Shown in pieces: positions 49,301 to 63,537 of a stretch of DNA of 64,000 bases (within the stretch, counting starts at the first letter, position 1; each line of letters begins with the position of its first letter). The stretch lies in assembly GCA_002269645.1 (NCBI GenBank), contig NIVC01003772.1, positions 67,627 to 131,626 on the forward strand. The letters run 5' to 3'. The notes beneath the pieces were generated by a model. That model was not told the DNA's origin. It did no database searches and was given only the letters and a program-made list of their open reading frames with translations. Position numbers and translations under genes: made by a program. The DNA is from Macrostomum lignano (Eukaryota).

Positions 49301-50636
49301 CAGCCTCCCAGATCCTCAGTTGCTCTGCCAGCCTCTCAGAGTGTCAGTTGCTGGGCCAGCCTCTTAGATCATCAGATGCTGGGCCAGCCTCCTAGAGTGT
49401 CAGTTGCTGGGCCAGCCTCTCAGATCCTCAGTTGCTGGGCCAGCCTCCCAGATCCTTAGTTGCTGGGCCAGCCTCCCAGAGTGTCAGTTGCTGGGCCAGC
49501 CTCCCAGATCCTTAGTTGCTGGGCCAGCCTCCCAGATCCTCAGTTGCTGGGCCAGCCTCCCAGTGTCAGTTGCTGGGCCAGCCTCCCAGAGTGTCAGTTG
49601 CTGTGCCAGCCTCCCAGATCCTTAGTTGCTGGGCCAGCCTCCCAGATCCTCAGTTGCTGGGCCAGCCTTCCAGATCCTCAGTTGCTGGGCCAGCCTCCCA
49701 GAGTGTCAGTTGCTGGGCCAGCCTCCCAGATCCTCAGTTGCTGGGCCAGCCTCCCAGATCCTTAGTTGCTGGGCCAGCTTCCCAGTCCTTAGTTGCTGGG
49801 CCAGCCTCTCAGATCCTCAGTTGCTGGGCCAGCCTCCCAGATCCTTAGTTGCTGGGCCAGCCTTCCAGATCCTCAGTTGCTGGGCCAGCCTCCCAGATCC
49901 TTAGTTGCTGGGCCAGCTTCCCAGTCCTTAGTTGTTGGGCCAGCCTCTCAGATCCTCAGTTGCTGGGCCAGCCTCCCAGATCCTCAGTTGCTCTGCCAGC
50001 CTCTCAGAGTGTCAGTTGCTGGGCCAGCCTCCTAGATCATCAGATGCTGGGCCAGCCTCCTAGAGTGTCAGTTGCTGGGCCAGCCTCCCAGATCCTTAGT
50101 TGCTGGGCCAGCCTCCCAGAGTGTCAGTTGCTGGGCCAGCCTCCCAGATCCTTAGTTGCTGGGCCAGCCTCAAAGATCCTCAGTTGCTGGGCCAGCCTCC
50201 CAGATCCTCAGTTGCTGGGCCAGCCACCCAGTGTCAGTTGCTGGGCCAGCCTCCCAGAGTGTCAGTTGCTGTGCCAGCCTCCCAGAGTGTCAGTTGCTGG
50301 GCCAGCCTCCCAGATCCTCAGTTGCTGGGCCAGCCTTCCAGATCCTCAGTTGCTGGGCCAGCCTCCCAGAGTGTCAGTTGCTGGGCCAGCCTCCCAGAGT
50401 GTCAGTTGCTGGGCCAGCCTCCCAGATCCTCAGTTGCTGGGCCAGCCTCCCAGATCCTTAGTTGCTGGGCCAGCCTCCCAGAGTGTCAGTTGCTGGGCCA
50501 TCACCCTTCATCGTCAAGCAATAAGCGACCATTCTCAAAAGCAAAGCACGCACCTGTGACCAGTCTCACGCTTGAGCAATTGAAATTCGGAAGACTTCTT
50601 CTCCGACCAAGTGTTGGCTCTGCTGTAGTAGTCCAT
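46301..50636 (-). CDS. NT5C2: Cytosolic purine 5'-nucleotidase II (HAD family). Exons 50636-50554, 48938-48482 (in-frame TAG at 48517-48515), 48393-48000, 47444-46785, then an ambiguous terminal exon (46380-46301, with or without 46473-46446)
   Basis: R|[95 protein letters not shown] all match NT5C2; may be a null allele because of the TAG. Confidence 0.88.
46480..46775. repeat. (ACAG)n, i.e. (CTGT)n on the sense strand, in an NT5C2 intron
   Basis: Tetranucleotide run. Confidence 0.9.
49010..50500. repeat. 28-bp minisatellite (gttgctgggccagcctcccagatcctca)n, NT5C2 intron 1
   Basis: Tandem units with a 668-bp higher-order repeat; no unique spacers. Confidence 0.95.
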
Positions 50637-51206
50637 GTCCAGCCTTTGCAGGATGTGTTTACAAAATGCCCTACCGTAGTTCTATTTATATATTAATCTA
50701 ATTCAAAGTCATCCAATTGGGAAGCTCAGAAAAAAATGGGCAATCTATATAATAATGACTACTAAATATAGAGTCATGTCAGCTATTTACAGATTTCTTT
50801 TGAGGTAGAAATATTTTCCCAAGAAAACAATCAATCTGGCACAAACGTTAATTAGGAAGGGCGGTTGCCAGGCAAACGAAGATTTGCCTATCAATTATAA
50901 TACCATAAATAGGACTCTTATTCGCCTTGGATCCTTAGCTTCATCCACATACCTAACCGTCTATATAATAAAACTACTTATAAGTAGTGTAAACGCGCAT
51001 CAACAAAAGGTAGAAAAAAAGAAAATCAAAGAAACACTTTAATACAACAAAAAAAGAAACGATCACAGAGGGTTTTTATTCTAAAACAGTTTTTTACAGA
51101 ATTTGTCTGGTTGGCTTCTAGTTTGTTTTAATCCAGTGTATTTGTTTTTTAATAGGAAAATAACTCTAAAGACTGCTTATAGTAGGCGCAGTATAAGGCG
51201 CGCCAG

Positions 51207-54200
51207 TCACCAGTATTTGTCATCGACTAGCAGATTGTCGGCATCTCCAGTCTGCCAGGTGCCAACAAAGCCAGGTCTCACTTGTCGTCTGGCTGTTAAC
51301 TTGGCTGTTGATTCGGGATTTGAGTAGGATAATTCATGTAGGCGTGCTCTCTGGCGCTCTTTCACTGATGCAGCTGCTTTGTCGCCATTGCTTGCCTGCG
51401 TAAAATAGTTTTAGAGCGATTGGCGCTGAAATCCAGCCTCTGGCGCTAAAATCCAGCCTCTGGCGCTAAAATCTAGCCTGTGACGCCAAAATCTAGCCTC
51501 TGGTGCTAAAATCCAGTCTGTGACCCTAATATCTAGCCTGTGGCGCTAGTTTAGCCTGTGGCGCTAAAATCTAGCCTGTGGCCCCAAAATCTAGCTTGTG
51601 GCGCTAAAATTTAGTCTGTGACTTTGTGGCGCTAAAATTTAGTCTGTGACTTTGTGGCGCTAAAATTTAGTCTGTGACTTTGTGGCGCTAAATTTAGTCT
51701 GTGACTTTGTGGCGCTAAAATTTAGTCTGTGACTTTGTGGCGCTAAATTTAGTCTGTGACTTTGTGGCGCTAAAATTTAGTCTGTGACTTTGTGGCGCTA
51801 AAATCTAGCCTGTGGCGCTAAAATCCAGTCTGTGGCGCTAAAATCCAGTCTGTGGCGCTAAAACCCAGTCTGTGGCGCTAAAATCCCGTCTGTGGTGCTA
51901 AAATCTAGCCTGTGGCGCCAAAATCTAGCTTGTGGCGCTGAAATTAGTTTGTGGCGCTTAAATCTAGCAGCTGTAACGCTAAAATCTAGCCTGGGGCGAA
52001 AATCTAGCTTGTGGCGCTGAAATCTAGTTTGTGGCGCTAAAATCTAGTCTGTGGCTCTAAAATCGAGTTTGTGGCGCTAAAATCCAGCCTGTGGCTCTAA
52101 AATCGAGTTTGTGGCGCTAAAATCCAGCCTGTGGCGCTAAAATCTAGCCTGTGGCGCTAATATCTAGCCTGTTGCGCTAATATCTAGTTTGTGGCGCTTT
52201 AAACCAGCCTGTGGTGCTAAAATCTTGTCTGTGGCGCCATAAACTAGCCTGTGGCGCCATGAACCAGCCTGTGGCTCTAAAATCTAACCTGTGGTGCTAA
52301 AATCTAGTCTGTGGCGCCATAAACCTGCCTGTGGCGCCATAAACCAGCTTGTGGCGCTAAAATCTAGTCTGTGGCGCTAAAATCTAGCCTGTGGCGCTAA
52401 AATCTAGTCTGTTTGCGCTAAAATCTAGTCTGTGGCGCCATAAACCTGCCTCTGGCGCCATAAACCTGCCTCTGGCGCCATAAACCAGCCTGTGGCGCTA
52501 AAATCTAGTCTGTGGCGCTAAAATCTAGTCTGTGGCGCTAAAATCTAGTCTGTGGCGCTAAAATCTAGCCTGTGGCGCTAAAATCCGTCTGTGGCGCTAA
52601 AATCTAGTCTGTGGCGCTAAAATCTAGCCTGTTGGCGCTAAAATCTAGCCTGCTCACCTGATCAGACCCATCGTCAGACTCCTTGCCCAGCTCGGGAGCT
52701 CGCACTCCCAGCTGAGACTCCCACTCCTCGGCAACCAGATGATACAATTTCAGGCAAGCGTCGGCGTCTTCAACTGAGTCGTGCTCGCGCTGCTGGATTC
52801 TCAGATTGAGCAGAGCGAGGGAGAGACTGCGCAGACTGGCCGGCCGCTTGCCCTGGGGCGGCATGCCAGCTTTGGCCTTGGCGTAGGGTGGGTGGGGTAT
52901 CGGGGTGATTGGGCGATAACTGTTGTCTTGAAAACTGTAAGGCTCTGGGCGTGAGATAACGGATGGTGCATAAGTTGAGACAGGGGTGAGATAGGAGTGA
53001 GACAGAGGTGAGATAGGAGTGACACAGGAGTGAGATTAGGTGAAATAGGGGTGAGATAGGGGTGAGACAGGGGTGAGATTTAGGTAAGTAGGGGTGAGAG
53101 TGAGATAGGTGTGAGACAGGTGCGAGACAGGAGTGAGATTAGGTGAGATAGGGGGAGATAGGGGTGAGACAAGGGTGAGATATAGGTAAGATAGGGGTGA
53201 GAGTGGGATAGGTGTGAGACAGGTGCGAGATAGGAGTGAGATTAGGTGAGATGGTGTGAGATAGGGGTGAAACAGGGACTGTGAGGTATAGGTAAGATAG
53301 GGGTGAGAGTGAGATAGGGGTGAGACAGGGGTGAGATAGAATGAGATATGGCTGAAACAGGTGTGAGACAGGGAGATAAGAATGGGATATGGATGAGAAA
53401 GGGATGAGAACACTCGGGCAGTCCAGAAGGCTCACCTGCAGCAGAACACACTTGCTAGTGTCCCGAACCAGACCCTCCGGATGGTGCAACCGCAGCACTC
53501 TCAAATCGTTATGCAATGCGTGACCAACTAAAACTCGACCCCGTACAGCCCGACGGACCAGATCCTGAACGGCGTCGAATGGAAGGCCGCGTGAGAGGTC
53601 GGCAGCTCGAATGCCGCTCCATCTGGTTCGGTAATCTGTTACTGGCTCGTCTGGCAGGCACATCACATCTAGCAGCACCTGACAGGTGGATTGGGAGACA
53701 GATTAATGAGCATCGTCTACCATGCCTTATCTACTCCAGTCCATGATCGACTGTCTAGCCCAGTCCATGATCTACCGTCTACCCCAGTCCATGATCTACA
53801 GTCTACCCCAGTCCATGATCTACAGTCTACCCCAATCCATGATCTACAGTCTACCCCAGTCCATGATCTACAGTCTACCCCAGTCCATGATCTACCGTCT
53901 ACCCCAATCCATGATCTACAGTCTACCCCAGTCCATGATCTACAGTCTACCCCAGTCCATGATCTACCGTCTACCCCAATCCATGATCTACAGTCTACCC
54001 CAGTCCATGATCTACAGTCTACCCCAGTCCATGATCTACCGTCTACCCCAATCCATGATCTACAGTCTACCCCAATCCATGATCAACCGTCTACCCCAAT
54101 CCATGATCTACAGCCTACCCCAATCCATGATCTACCGTCTACCCCAATCCATGATCTACAGTCTACCCCAACCCTGATTTACCATAACTATCTACCCCCA

Positions 54201-56034
54201 ATCCATGATCTACAGTCTACCCCAATCCATGATCTACAGTCTACCCCAATCCATGATCTACCGTTTACCCCAATCCATGATCTACAGTCTACCCCAATCA
54301 ATGATCTACCGTCTACCTCAATCCATGATCTACAGTCTACCCCAATCCATGATCTACAGTCTACCCCAATCCATGATCTACAGTCTACCCCAATCCATGA
54401 TCTACAGTATACCCCAACCCTGATTTACCATAACTATCTATCCCCAATCCATGATCTACCATAACTATCTACCCCCAATCCATGATCTACCATAACTATC
54501 TACCCCCAATCCATGATCTACCATAACTATCTATCCCCAATCCATGATCTACCATAACTATCTATCCCCAATCCATGATCTACCATAACTATCTATCCCC
54601 AATCCATGATCTACCATAACTATCTATCCCCAATCCATGATCTACCATAACTATCTATCCTCAATCCATGATCTACCATAACTATCTACTCACCCAATCC
54701 ATGATCTACCATAACTATCTATCCCCAATCCATGATCTACCATAACTATCTACTCACCCAATCCATGATCTACCATAACTATCTACTCACCCAATCCATG
54801 ATCTACCATAACTATCTACTCACCCAATCCATGATCTACCATAATTATCTACTCACCCAATCCATGATCTACCATAACTATCTACTCACCCAATCCATGA
54901 TCTACCATAACTATCTACTCACACAATCCATGATCTACCATAACTATCTACTCACCCAATCCATGATCTACCATAACTATCTATCCCCAATCCATGATCT
55001 ACCATAACTATCTATCCCCAATCCATGATCTACCATAACTATCTATCCTCAATCCATGATCTACCATAACTATCTATCCTCAATCCATGATCTACCATAA
55101 CTATCTACTCACCCAATCCATGATCTACCATAACTATCTATCCCCAATCCATGATCTACCATAACTATCTACTCACCCAATCCATGATCTACCATAACTA
55201 TCTACTCACCCAATCCATGATCTACCATAATTATCTACTCACCCAATCCATGATCTACCATAACTATCTACTCACCCAATCCATGATCTACCATAACTAT
55301 CTACTCACACAATCCATGATCTACCATAACTATCTACTCACCCAATCCATGATCTACCATAACTATCTATCCCCAATCCATGATCTACCATAACTATCTA
55401 TCCCCAATCCATGATCTACCATAACTATCTATCCTCAATCCATGATCTACCATAACTATCTATCCTCAATCCATGATCTACCATAACTATCTACTCACCC
55501 AATCCATGATCTACCATAACTATCCACCCCCAATCCATGATCTACCATAACTATCTACTCACCCAATCCATGATCTACCATAACTATCTATCCCCAATCC
55601 ATGATCTACCAAAAACGACAAAAGATCTATTTCATAACCATAAGGATCAATCTACCTTCTGTTCATCTACACACCTGTTATCACCTGTGCCATTAACTAA
55701 CCAAAGTACTATAAAATATAGGCATTAACCCATTCAAAAAAAGTCTCACATCTCCTCTCTCGTTGAGCACGCTAGCTCTTCCTAGAGCGCTAACGCTGCC
55801 TCTTGGCCCGGTGCCAACAAATTCGCAATCAATAGCCACCACTTGAGTGGCTAAGTTAGGCTCATCTAGGCGAACAATGTTAGTTCTAATAATTGGCAGC
55901 GCCTTTGACCGAGAAAAGAAATTGTTACGAATATTTAAACGGGCACGTTTGACTCCGATGGACTGCTGCTTAGCTGATGCACTTTGTCGTTTTGTACTTC
56001 CGACAGCGCGTTTTTCATGAGAAGTTGATGCCAT
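51207..56034 (-). CDS. DEDDh 3'-5' exonuclease, AEN/ISG20L2 (REXO4-related) family, 311 aa. Exons 56034-55750, 53678-53436, 52876-52658, 51395-51207
   Basis: VAIDCEFVGTGPRG (ExoI), VTDYRTRWSGI, LVGHALHNDL (ExoII), RDTS, HDSVEDA (ExoIII), LYHLVAEEWE, C-terminal DDKYW; exon 3 needs an AAG acceptor. Confidence 0.88.
51420..52650. repeat. 20-bp minisatellite (gtggcgctaaaatctagcct)n, exonuclease intron 3
   Basis: Tandem units reach within ~6 nt of the donor. Confidence 0.95.
52950..53410. repeat. Degenerate (gtgagatagggg)-type repeat, exonuclease intron 2
   Basis: Similar in composition to 56800-57150. Confidence 0.7.
53715..55610. repeat. Compound minisatellite in exonuclease intron 1: 24-bp (ccatgatctacagtctaccccaat)n changing to 31-33 bp (atccatgatctaccataactatct...)n near 54440
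   Basis: Both unit types share the ccatgatctac core. Confidence 0.95.
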
Positions 56035-56119
56035 TCGCTGCTAGTAAAAACTGAAAATTTACCTGCAAATTGGAATGAAAAAAGATTCTCTTCAGTTGCT
56101 TGTTATGAGCGATTCAGAA

Positions 56120-56515
56120 ATGATCAAGGGCGAATCTCAGGGTAGATCGAGGGCGATTCTTATGGTAAATTGAGGGCAAATCTCAGGGTAGATTGATGGC
56201 GATTCTCAGATCTCAGGGTAGATTGAAGGCGATTCTCAGGGTAGATTGAGGCGATTCTCGGGGTAGATTGAGGGCGATTCTCGGGGTAGATTGAGGGCAA
56301 ATCTCAGGGTAGATTGATGGCGATTCTCAGATCTCAGGGTAGATTGAGGGCGATTCTCAGATCTCAGGGTAGATTGAGGGGGATTCTCAGGGTAGATTAA
56401 GGGCGATTCTCGGGGTAGATTGAGGGCGATTCTCGGGGTAGATTGAGGGCAAATCTCAGGGTAGATTGATGGCGATTCTCAGGGTAGATTAAGGGCGATT
56501 CTCGGGGTAGATTGA
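56120..56515. repeat. 23-bp minisatellite (gggtagattgagggcgattctc)n between ERCC1 and the exonuclease
   Basis: Reverse complement contains the aatcgccc core. Confidence 0.85.
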
Positions 56516-56799
56516 CACAAAACACAAATTTGAAGCGTTAACAAACACCGATAAAGACATTAATTGAATAGAAAAACAGTTTATTATTTTGATATACACA
56601 AAAATGCAGTGCGCAAGTTGCAGAAAACAGGCAGAAGTTACATGTATAGTTCAAAATTAGGTTGCGAAGATGCAAAATATTTTTTCCGGTTTCTAGGTAA
56701 TGGTTTCTCGGAACAAAATACATTTATGAAGGAATAAAAGTGAGAAGAGTGGCCAGGAGGTTAGTGGCTGATACCTATCAATAATTAGAGACTAATAGC

Positions 56800-57150
56800 G
56801 GCATTTGTGAGACTTATCGTGAGATAAGAATTGAGATAAGGACGAAATAAGGGCCCTTAAGGGGTGAGATGTAGATGAGATAGTGTGAGATATGGTTGAA
56901 GTAAAAGGGTGAGATAGGAGCGAGCAACATGTATGCGTGAGATAGGGATGGGTAAGGGTGAGATGAAGGTAAGAAAATGAGATAGGGGTTAGATGGGTGA
57001 GATAAAGGTGAGATAGGGATGAGATATCGGTGGATGGGGGTGAGATGGGGTAAGATAGGGATGAGATCGGGTGAGATATAGGTGAGATAAGGGTGAGAAA
57101 CATGGATGAGAAGACAGGATGAGTGAGATACGGATGAGATCGGGAACAAT
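56800..57150. repeat. Degenerate (gtgagataggg)-type repeat just 3' of the ERCC1 stop
   Basis: May lie in a 3'-UTR intron; acceptor-like ctaattattgatag on the minus strand near 56776. Confidence 0.6.
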
Positions 57151-57184
57151 GAGGAGACTAATCCCAGACCCAGACCATCAGCCT

Positions 57185-58581
<1,397 letters not shown>

Positions 58582-60076
58582 AATCTAGTTTTTTTTTTAT
58601 CAGATGACTCTTGAGGTTAAATTCTGGAATATTTAGAGCAAGTAATACGAGTACATTAATATTTGTGCACGTGAGTACATACACATATAGCAATTATAAA
58701 TATAGAAGATTTATCTAAGCAAGTATCTTTAGCACTAATACCCAAAAATAATAATCAACCAGCCAAATTATTATATTCTAATTAAAATTCAAAATATTAT
58801 AAATTTCCATTACACTGGAAATATATAAATAATATATTGGTTAGGCCTATAAAAAGCCAAAAAATGCTTGATAAATATTATTTAATATAAAATTCTAAAA
58901 AATTCTGTAGAATTTCATTCTTAGCTTAATGATTATGCAACAAAATATACAACACTAGAATTGACAAACTCCAGCCTAAAAACCACATGCCATATATAAA
59001 GCCTCTTTATCTGTTAAGAATAGGTTTAAGACTAGATTAAGACCTAGGTTAACTTAGGTTAGGCCTAGGAAATTAGGAAATTTAATGTAAACAAAGCATG
59101 GTTAAGTGTAGGCCCTAATATACATAGCAGTTATAAATAGCTATATTTTTATAAAGTCACAAGTGTTTAATTATGGCATTGTGTAAGGCAAATACAAGCT
59201 ACCTTAAAAGTATTTTTACTCTATTATGAAACATGTCTTTTATGAAACATGGATTTAACCCTATCTAATCTAGGCCTAGGTCTAAGAGTAAGTTATTATA
59301 TATATATGTAATATATAAATAAGGAAATTCTAGGATTCTAAGATTCTAAGTATAGATAAATAGTGTATTATTATTTAATGTGAACATTTTGAAGCCAAAT
59401 GGGTTTTGATATAAAGGAAAACTTGTTGTAAATATTGCAATAGTTTGAAATTTATTCTTTATAAATTATATAGGCCCTATCTACTAAATTTTACTTTAAG
59501 TTTGCTATTATTTCAAACTCTCAGTTCACTAGGCCTACTAGGCCCTAACCTATATATATTCGATAATATAAACTAGTTAGGTTTAAGATAGTCATGGTAG
59601 GCTTAGTGCTAAGTGGCTAGTCTTTCCTTTGATATGCACAGGTCAACAGAAACAATTTAGTAATATAAGCTAGGATAGGGCATAGAATGACAATGTTCCA
59701 GTTTTCCACTCAATTTTTTCACTGATAAAAATGTGTCACAATAGGCCTACTTGGTAAAGTCAAAATATAGGGATCAACCTAAGAGTTCTCACACAAGATA
59801 ATAATGGGAAATCCAGTAGAGTATATTCCCAAATTGGTTGCCTAGGAACAGATGGCACCACATGAACTTTGCATATTCCATGCATTGCTTGGAACTTTGC
59901 TTAGCAATTCTCCAACACTCACTTAGATTGTCTCTAAAAATTTCAGATGTCTTCTCGTAAAAAAACAAGGAATAAGCTGCTTTGGTATAGAATCAAGTAA
60001 AGCACTGGGCGAGTGGCTATTATTATGGTATAGAAGCAACAACTCATACTCACAGCCTCTTTATATTGGCTCCTCT

Positions 60077-61165
60077 GTGTTCAAGCATTTGAATGACCAT
60101 GAAAAATCTTTGCTCCAAAAAGGCAACTCACTCGAAGTTAAAGAAGTTAAAAGCCAAGTAGAATGTGTAGTCATGCATTGTGGCTTGATTGACTTGTGTG
60201 GGAAGGCCAGTATTTCTATTAAAGATCTTGTTGAGCATGGCAATGATAACCGATGCCATACTAAATAAGCTTGATAAACAAGAGAGCCGCGCCCAACTTT
60301 TGGACGTAGCTGATTGGGACCCTGATATTGATGCTGAAGAATATGAAGAAGAAATTGCAAGTGGTGAAAGCAGCCAATCTGCCTTTAATGAGGAAGCTGA
60401 GGTGGCTAAAGCGAATCCTGGATTCAAACTAACGTCTCAATCATCATCTTCTAGCTCTACTATGTTGCGCAATGAGATGCAAAAGCTGCAATTGTACAAG
60501 AGGGCTTTTGCATCTGCTTCACATTCACAGCCAGCAAGGAAAAAGCCTCAAACTGACCATTCTTATCATCTGGGCAGCAAGAATGCTGATCATAGAAGAC
60601 AAATTATTCAGTTGGCACCATCAGCATAGGGCAATAGCCATTTTCCTAGTTCACCTAGTGTAAGTCGTTATGTTTGTGCTGGTCAGGAAAATCTGCCAAG
60701 GCAAGCATCACCATCAATGCTGAGTAAGTCTGACCAAGCCACTCTTTAGGTCTTGCTTGAAACTAGGCTGCAGACTTCTCTACTAAAGAAGTTGGCCAAG
60801 TTGATTGAAGAAATGAATCAATTGCTTCAAAATCTGGGCGCTTCACGGCCACGCTCTGAAGGCTTAAATCCAGACCAAATTGATTCTTTCTTTGGCACAT
60901 TTGATGGCAAGCAGTGCAGTCTCTCCAGTCTAAATCAATCTAGCCCAATTTTTTTTGCTTGTGACTTTGTGTGGTATCAATTTAAATTTATCAGTATCTA
61001 AAAGACAAAATAATTGACCCTAATAAGACATTGAAGCGGGTGAAGCTGCATGATGCTGCAAAAGAGGAAATAATCACAGCACTAGACAACTTCTAGGCCA
61101 CTAACTACAGCTGGCGTTTGGTGAAGAGCTCCTTAAACCAGATGTTTTGCAATCTGAAATAGATT
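60077..61165 (+). pseudogene. Decayed ORF of unknown family, possibly transposon-derived
   Basis: Protein-like frame 60189-61001 broken by in-frame TAGs at 60627 and 60748; frameshifted neighbouring segments; a further TAG at 61094. Confidence 0.45.
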
Positions 61166-62133
61166 TTATAGACTGTATGCTTGTATGATCCTAGACTTTT
61201 CAAAATGTCATCTTTTAGGTTCTTTAGTTCTTTTGGTTGAAACACAGCCCCAGTTCTTACTAAATTTAAGTAATTTTTTATGGCTGCATAACTTTTTTTT
61301 TCTTATTTTTTGTTCTTTATAACTGTGTCATGACTTGCATTGTTTGCATATTATTTCTGTTTTTAAGTTCCACTAAGCGAAAATTACAATTCCTTATTTT
61401 GTGGCTATTAATTTTGCATCATTATGGTAAAAATAATGTTAGCTAAAATTCACATTTTCAGCTCACAATTTGTGATGTCTAAGGATGAGGTTTCTGATCT
61501 GAGCTTAGTGCTTGAGTCAATTGCCAAAGATTTATTTGAAGATGAATCTATTTCTGAGGCTTCAACACACAGTAGTACTGTTAAACAATGAAATTGCTCT
61601 AATTTATGTTTCTGCTTTAATTTGCCCATGTGTGACTTTATCTCTACCTTTTTGAACAAAAGTTATACAGTTGTCTCACCAGTGGACTTTTTTGCTGAGT
61701 ACCACTAGGTTTCCTTCTTGCAGATGTGACATGTTTTTCATTTCCCTAACATACATTGTCTGCTTTCATTTTTTTCTTTACTTTGATTTGCTTTATTTTT
61801 CCTATTATCAATCAACTATACTAAAAGTGAAATTTCTGTGGGATTGATTTTAGCAATGCACCATTTGATTACAACTTCTCTTGAATTGGCACATAATTAT
61901 TGCCAATCTAACTGGGGGATTATTGCAAACCAGAATTGGGGTTATTGCGACTGCGAGCCTGTAATGCAATATCAAATTATTGGCTGGTGCAATATCATTT
62001 CATTTTGAGATACTGGCATACTAATTGAGCAAGCTAGCTTTTTCTATGTAAAACATGATTGTAGGTTTTTTGCTCTCTATGCAATATGTTAGCCACTGTG
62101 AAAATTTTACCATTTGCAGATAATAATAATGTC

Positions 62134-62427
62134 CATACATGCGCAACAGTCGGCCGAGTCAGCCGATCCGGCTGACCAATTTGGCGGCCAACCAAGGAAG
62201 TCGCAAAAATGCCCACCCAAAAAATTCCTAAGTAGTACTAAGTAGCTGACGAGGCATTTTGGCTTAATAAGACAGTCATAGTTACTCCTGCCGTTTACTC
62301 AAAGTTGCGTTAAATTTGCTTTACGGTTTTTTCACATGTAAGTCGCATTTTTGGCCAAAAACTATGTCGCATTTTGTTAAAAACTAAGTCGCACGGCCGA
62401 CCGAATTTTGGAGGTTGCGCATGTATG
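62134..62427. mobile_element. MITE, 294 bp, same family as 2304-2600 in opposite orientation, 8-bp TSD ATAATGTC
   Basis: TIR CATACATGCGCAAC; ATAATGTC at 62126-62133 and 62428-62435. Confidence 0.9.
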
Positions 62428-62853
62428 ATAATGTCTAGTGCGTAGTACCATCTTAATAGTAGAAAATCGATTGCAATAACACATACTTGCATTGTACTGC
62501 ATAATGTTTCCTATGTTACTTCTTTAATGTTAACTCAATGTCTGTGTTTTGAAATTAGGATTAATATAAATTCTCACTTAACTATTTACTATATGTACTG
62601 ATGTTTAGAAATTTGGGCTTTATACTTGTAGTTCTGAAGTACATTATAGTTAAATTTTGGATTAAAAAAATTACATAAATTGTAAAAATTAAAATTTCTT
62701 ACAGAAAGCAAATTATGAAAATTATAATTAAATTAGTCAAAATTGAAAAATTACATTTTATTGGACTACAATAAATTGTAAGAATTGCATAATTTTTACA
62801 CAATTTTTCATCTAATTTTTTGCAATTTTGACAATTTTTGTCTACTAGTATAG

Positions 62854-63537
62854 TAGAGCTGTCAAAATTAGAGATTTTATTCGAGACGAGATTTGAGACG
62901 AGAAAGGCTTATAAGTCGAGAATTTCGAGATGAGACAAGACAAAGTAAATCTAAAAAATATATTTCAGAATTGCATCTTGTCTTGCTCTTATCTTGCCTT
63001 ATCTTGTCTTAAATTTCTTGATAAGATCCAATTCTAAAATATATTTTTTAGATTTTCCAGAATATTTTCTTAATTCTAGTTTAAATTCTTTGCTATTTAT
63101 TCATAAGAATTATGCTTGTAGCATATAGGCCCTTGGCCCTACTATGTCTATTACTAATTTGTCAAAAGACCTGTGTAGATTGTCTTCAAGTCTGCTATGA
63201 TACACCTTGCTGTAGAACTGAAATGATAACTAAAAGAGTGCATATGCAATGCAAACTCGTATATAATGATGTTCATTAAATAACTGCTCGACATTGGCTA
63301 GATTTTACCATTTGAAAATTGCCCTATCAAGCATGTTACAACAAACAGTTGTATTTATATGAAAATTTGCTCCCCTTTTTATATCTTATCACTTAAAAGC
63401 TTTTTGAAAAAAGGTATTAGAAAAATTCTTGAATCTTGTCTCAAATTTCTTGACAAAATTCGAGATTTCTTGAGATGAGAAAAAATGTCGAGATCTTGTC
63501 TTGAATCTTGTCTTGTCGAGATCTTGTGACAGCTCTA
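62854..63537. mobile_element. 684-bp non-autonomous hAT-like element, TIR TAGAGCTGTCA, 8-bp TSD TAGTATAG
   Basis: TIRs at 62854-62864 and 63527-63537; TSD at 62846-62853 and 63538-63545; subterminal cgagac/cttgtc motifs. Confidence 0.85.

Noticed and set aside
49010-50500. CRISPR-like appearance of 28-30 bp repeats here and at 24.6-26.7 kb
   Set aside because: Units are head-to-tail with no unique spacers, no cas genes, and the context is eukaryotic introns
61450-61659. 69-aa minus-strand ORF
   Set aside because: Short, AT-rich, no recognisable domain or splice context
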